Source: an uncultured Candidatus Entotheonella sp. | Lineage (GTDB): Bacteria; Tectomicrobia; Entotheonellia; Entotheonellales; Entotheonellaceae | Direction of reading: 5' to 3' | Assembly (NCBI GenBank): GCA_965215335.1 | Contig: CBDCDA010000001.1 | Location: forward strand, 1,632,001-1,696,000 | Length of the DNA stretch: 64,000 nt | Shown: positions 61,129-64,000 of the stretch, piece by piece | Layout: each line of letters starts with the position of its first letter | Numbering within the stretch: position 1 is the first letter of the stretch | The notes under the pieces: generated by a model | Told to the model about the DNA's origin: nothing | The model's input: the letters and a program-made list of their open reading frames with translations, nothing else | Databases searched by the model: none | Program-made: the position numbers and the translations under genes

Positions 61129-62610
61129 CTACCTCTTTTCGGGCCTGATCGCCACGTAGAGATGGTTGCCACGGCGTTCGAGCAGCAGCAGCACGGGTTC
61201 GTCTTCCTCGAGGGCGGTGGTGGCGTCCTCGTAGGCGTCCAGGCCCTCGACCGTCTGGCGGTTCACCTCGCGGATGATGTCGCCCGGCTGGATGCCGGCG
61301 TTGGCGGCGGGGCTTTCGTCGGCGACATCCGTCACCACGACCCCGCGGTCGTCATCGGTCCGCAGCTCGCGGGCCATGTCCTGGGTAATCGCCTCGACCT
61401 GTATGCCCAGCAGTTCCGCCACGCCCGACGGCTCCAGGCCGGCGATGCGCGCGGCCTCGTCGTCCTCAAGCTCACCGAGCGTAACCGGGATGGTCATGCG
61501 CTTGCCGTCGCGGATGACCTCCACCTCCACGGTGGTGCCCGGCGTCACGACGGCCACCAGGCTCGGCAGGGCACTGGCATCTTCCACCTCGCTGCCGTGA
61601 AAGTCGACGATCACGTCGCCCTGCCGCAGGCCGGCCTTGTCTGCCGGGGAATCGGTGACGATGCCGGATACCAGGGCACCATTGGCGTCGTCGAGCTTGA
61701 AAGCATGAAGCATCCCCGGCGAGATGCTCTGAATGGCCACGCCCAGCCAGCCGCGCGTCACGTTACCCTTGTCGTACAGTTGGCTGAGGACGCTCTTGGC
61801 CATGTTGATCGGGATGGCGAAGCCGATGCCTTGGCCGCTGCGCATGATGGCCGTGTTGATGCCGATGACCTCGCCGCGCATGTTGAAGAGCGGACCACCG
61901 CTGTTGCCCGGGTTGATCGAGGCGTCGGTCTGGATGAAATCGTCGTACGGCCCGGCGCCGATGATGCGCCCCTTGGCGCTGACGATGCCCGCGGTGACGG
62001 TGTGGCCTAGGCCGAAGGGGTTGCCGATGGCCAGCACCCATTCGCCGACCTCCAGGTTTTCGGAATCGCCGAACGGCACGGTGGGCAGGGGCAGCGGACT
62101 GTGAACGCGCAGCAGCGCCAGGTCCGTCTTGGGGTCGCGCCCGATCAGGGTCGCCTCGAACTCCTCCTTCGACGACAGCGTCACCGTGATTTCGTCCGCC
62201 TCTTCCACCACGTGGTTGTTGGTCACGATGTAGCCGTTGGTGTTGATAATGAAGCCGGTGCCCAGACTGGGGCGATGGCGCGGACGGCGCTGTTCGCCGA
62301 AGAAGCGATCGAAGAATTCCCGGAAGGGATCCTCCCTACCGAAGGGAGACGGCCGCCTGCGTAGGGAGCGTCGTTGTTCGGTGGGGACGGTTCTGCGGCT
62401 GCTGATGTTGACGACGGCGGGTTCCAGGGCCTTGGCCGCCTCGATGAAGGCGGGAGGCCGGGGTTGCTCGAACTCGACGCTGCTGCCCTCCTCCCAAAGC
62501 TGCGCCGCCATCGGGGGCGTCAGACCCACGGCACAGGTGAACAACAGCGCGGCAAACGCTCCGGCGGCAAGAGTGCTGGCCTGGCGGGGCAACAAAAGGG
62601 TGTCTGGCAT
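61129..62610 (-). CDS. DegP/DegQ (HtrA) serine protease with two PDZ domains
   Basis: TNNHVV, D.KTDLALL, IQTDASINPGNSGGPL; AAAGGAG RBS. Confidence 0.95.
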   Translation of the reverse strand: MPDTLLLPRQASTLAAGAFAALLFTCAVGLTPPMAAQLWEEGSSVEFEQPRPPAFIEAAKALEPAVVNISSRRTVPTEQRRSLRRRPSPFGREDPFREFFDRFFGEQRRPRHRPSLGTGFIINTNGYIVTNNHVVEEADEITVTLSSKEEFEATLIGRDPKTDLALLRVHSPLPLPTVPFGDSENLEVGEWVLAIGNPFGLGHTVTAGIVSAKGRIIGAGPYDDFIQTDASINPGNSGGPLFNMRGEVIGINTAIMRSGQGIGFAIPINMAKSVLSQLYDKGNVTRGWLGVAIQSISPGMLHAFKLDDANGALVSGIVTDSPADKAGLRQGDVIVDFHGSEVEDASALPSLVAVVTPGTTVEVEVIRDGKRMTIPVTLGELEDDEAARIAGLEPSGVAELLGIQVEAITQDMARELRTDDDRGVVVTDVADESPAANAGIQPGDIIREVNRQTVEGLDAYEDATTALEEDEPVLLLLERRGNHLYVAIRPEKR

Positions 62611-62649
62611 GGGACACTCTCCTTTGGGTGGACAGCCTTGCGGAGGGCG

Positions 62650-62684
62650 AGAAGGGAGGGGCGGCTGAACCGCCCCTCCCTTCT
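62650..62684. other. 15-bp perfect stem-loop between groEL and degP
   Basis: agaagggaggggcgg-ctgaa-ccgcccctcccttct; no U-tract on the transcribed strand. Confidence 0.75.
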
Positions 62685-62707
62685 TCTCCTGGCACGATGG
62701 CTTGGGG

Positions 62708-64000
62708 TTAGTAATCCATGTGATCATGCCCGCCGGGCATGGCAGGCGCTTCCTCCTCAGGCAGGTCGGTGATCAACGCCTCGGTGGTGAGCAGCAGGGC
62801 CGCGACGCTGGCCGAGTTTTGCAAGGCGATGCGGGTGACCTTGGTGGGATCGATGATACCGGCCGACACCATATCGACGTACGCCTCGGACGCCGCATCA
62901 TACCCCACGGCGCCCGATTCCGCCTTGACGCGCTGCAGGACGGTGGCGCCCTCGGTGCCGGCGTTGGCGGCGATCATGCGCAGCGGCTCCTCAAGGGCGC
63001 GTTGCACGATGTTGACGCCGACCTGGCGGTCGTCATCGAGGGACACGCTGTCCAGGGCGCCCAGGGAGCGCACGTAGGCAACGCCGCCGCCCGGCACGAT
63101 GCCTTCCTCCACCGCGGCGCGGGTGGCGTTCAGGGCATCCTCGACGCGGGCCTTCTTTTCCTTCATCTCCGCCTCGGTGGCGGCGCCAACGCGGATCACC
63201 GCGACGCCGCCAACCAGCTTGGCGAGGCGCTCTTGCAACTTCTCGCGGTCGTAGTCTGAAGTGGTTTCTTCAACCTGCAAGCGAATCTGATTCACCCGCC
63301 CCTCGATGTCGGAAGCCGAGCCGGCGCCCTCCACCAGGGTGGTGTTTTCCTTGTCGATGGTGACGCGCTTGGCTTCACCGAGATCGTCCAAGGTGATGTT
63401 TTCGAGTTTGATGCCGAGGTCCTCGGAGATGACGTTACCGCCGGTCAGCACGGCCATGTCGCGCAGCATTTCCTTGCGCCGGTCGCCAAAGCCGGGGGCC
63501 TTCACGGCGGCGCACTGCAGGGTGCCGCGCAGGCGGTTGACCACCAGCGTGGCCAAGGCCTCGCCCTCGATGTCCTCGGCGATGATCAGCAACGGCTTGC
63601 CGCCACGGGCGATCTGCTCCAGCACCGGCAACAGTTCCTTCATGTTGCTGAGCTTCTTTTCGTGCAGCAGGATGTAGGCGTTTTCCAGCACCGCTTCCAT
63701 GCGTTCGGTATTGGTGGCGAAGTAGGGCGAAATGTAGCCACGGTCGAACTGCATGCCCTCCACCACGTCCAGGTTGGTCTCGGAGGTCTTGCCCTCCTCC
63801 ACCGTGATGACACCGTCCTTGCCGACTTTTTCCATGGCCTCGGCGATCAGGTTGCCGACGTCGGCGTCGTTGTTGGCCGAGATGGTGCCGACCTGGGCGA
63901 TTTCGGTCTTGTCCCTGACGTCGCGGCTGAGCTTGCGCAGTTCCTCGACGACGACCTCCACGCCGTGCTCGATGCCGCGCTTGATGTCCATGGGGCCATG
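62708..64000 (-). CDS. groL: Chaperonin GroEL (5' end outside window)
   Basis: [54 protein letters not shown]. Confidence 0.98.
   Translation of the reverse strand, partial: HGPMDIKRGIEHGVEVVVEELRKLSRDVRDKTEIAQVGTISANNDADVGNLIAEAMEKVGKDGVITVEEGKTSETNLDVVEGMQFDRGYISPYFATNTERMEAVLENAYILLHEKKLSNMKELLPVLEQIARGGKPLLIIAEDIEGEALATLVVNRLRGTLQCAAVKAPGFGDRRKEMLRDMAVLTGGNVISEDLGIKLENITLDDLGEAKRVTIDKENTTLVEGAGSASDIEGRVNQIRLQVEETTSDYDREKLQERLAKLVGGVAVIRVGAATEAEMKEKKARVEDALNATRAAVEEGIVPGGGVAYVRSLGALDSVSLDDDRQVGVNIVQRALEEPLRMIAANAGTEGATVLQRVKAESGAVGYDAASEAYVDMVSAGIIDPTKVTRIALQNSASVAALLLTTEALITDLPEEEAPAMPGGHDHMDY

Overview
GC-rich bacterial chromosomal window. The many luciferase-like monooxygenases, ABC/TRAP transporters and a TbpB-like repeat lipoprotein suggest a sponge-associated or similar uncultured lineage (inference only). 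The housekeeping and metabolic backbone includes peroxiredoxin, polysaccharide deacetylase, SCP2-type thiolase, CPA2 antiporter, cis-prenyltransferase, a two-gene GlnE, lysA, a dpp-type ABC set, a xanthine-dehydrogenase-family Mo enzyme, a TRAP system, PhoX, a CbbQ/CbbO-like pair, coaE, rph, tRNA-Pro, ilvD, fccAB, degP and partial groEL. Three accessory patches interrupt it: (1) 17.1-21.0 kb, a surface lipoprotein and a Cre-like tyrosine recombinase transcribed divergently; (2) 47.4-49.9 kb, a decayed tRNA-Pro island (integrase, IS5 and R-M remnants); (3) 56.0-58.7 kb, pseudogene debris with a 51-bp tandem repeat. An intact IS5-family element sits in the rph stop codon. The best candidate for a new system is in patch 1: perfect 20-bp inverted repeats flank a 138-bp segment carrying a near-consensus sigma70 promoter, which inversion would redirect from the recombinase to the lipoprotein. 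Other highlights: a split GlnE carrying GlnD-type ACT domains, several enzymes closely resembling eukaryotic or archaeal counterparts, a compensated double frameshift in ilvD, and an unannotated four-His helical-repeat protein under LysR control. All calls come from motif recognition; no searches were run.
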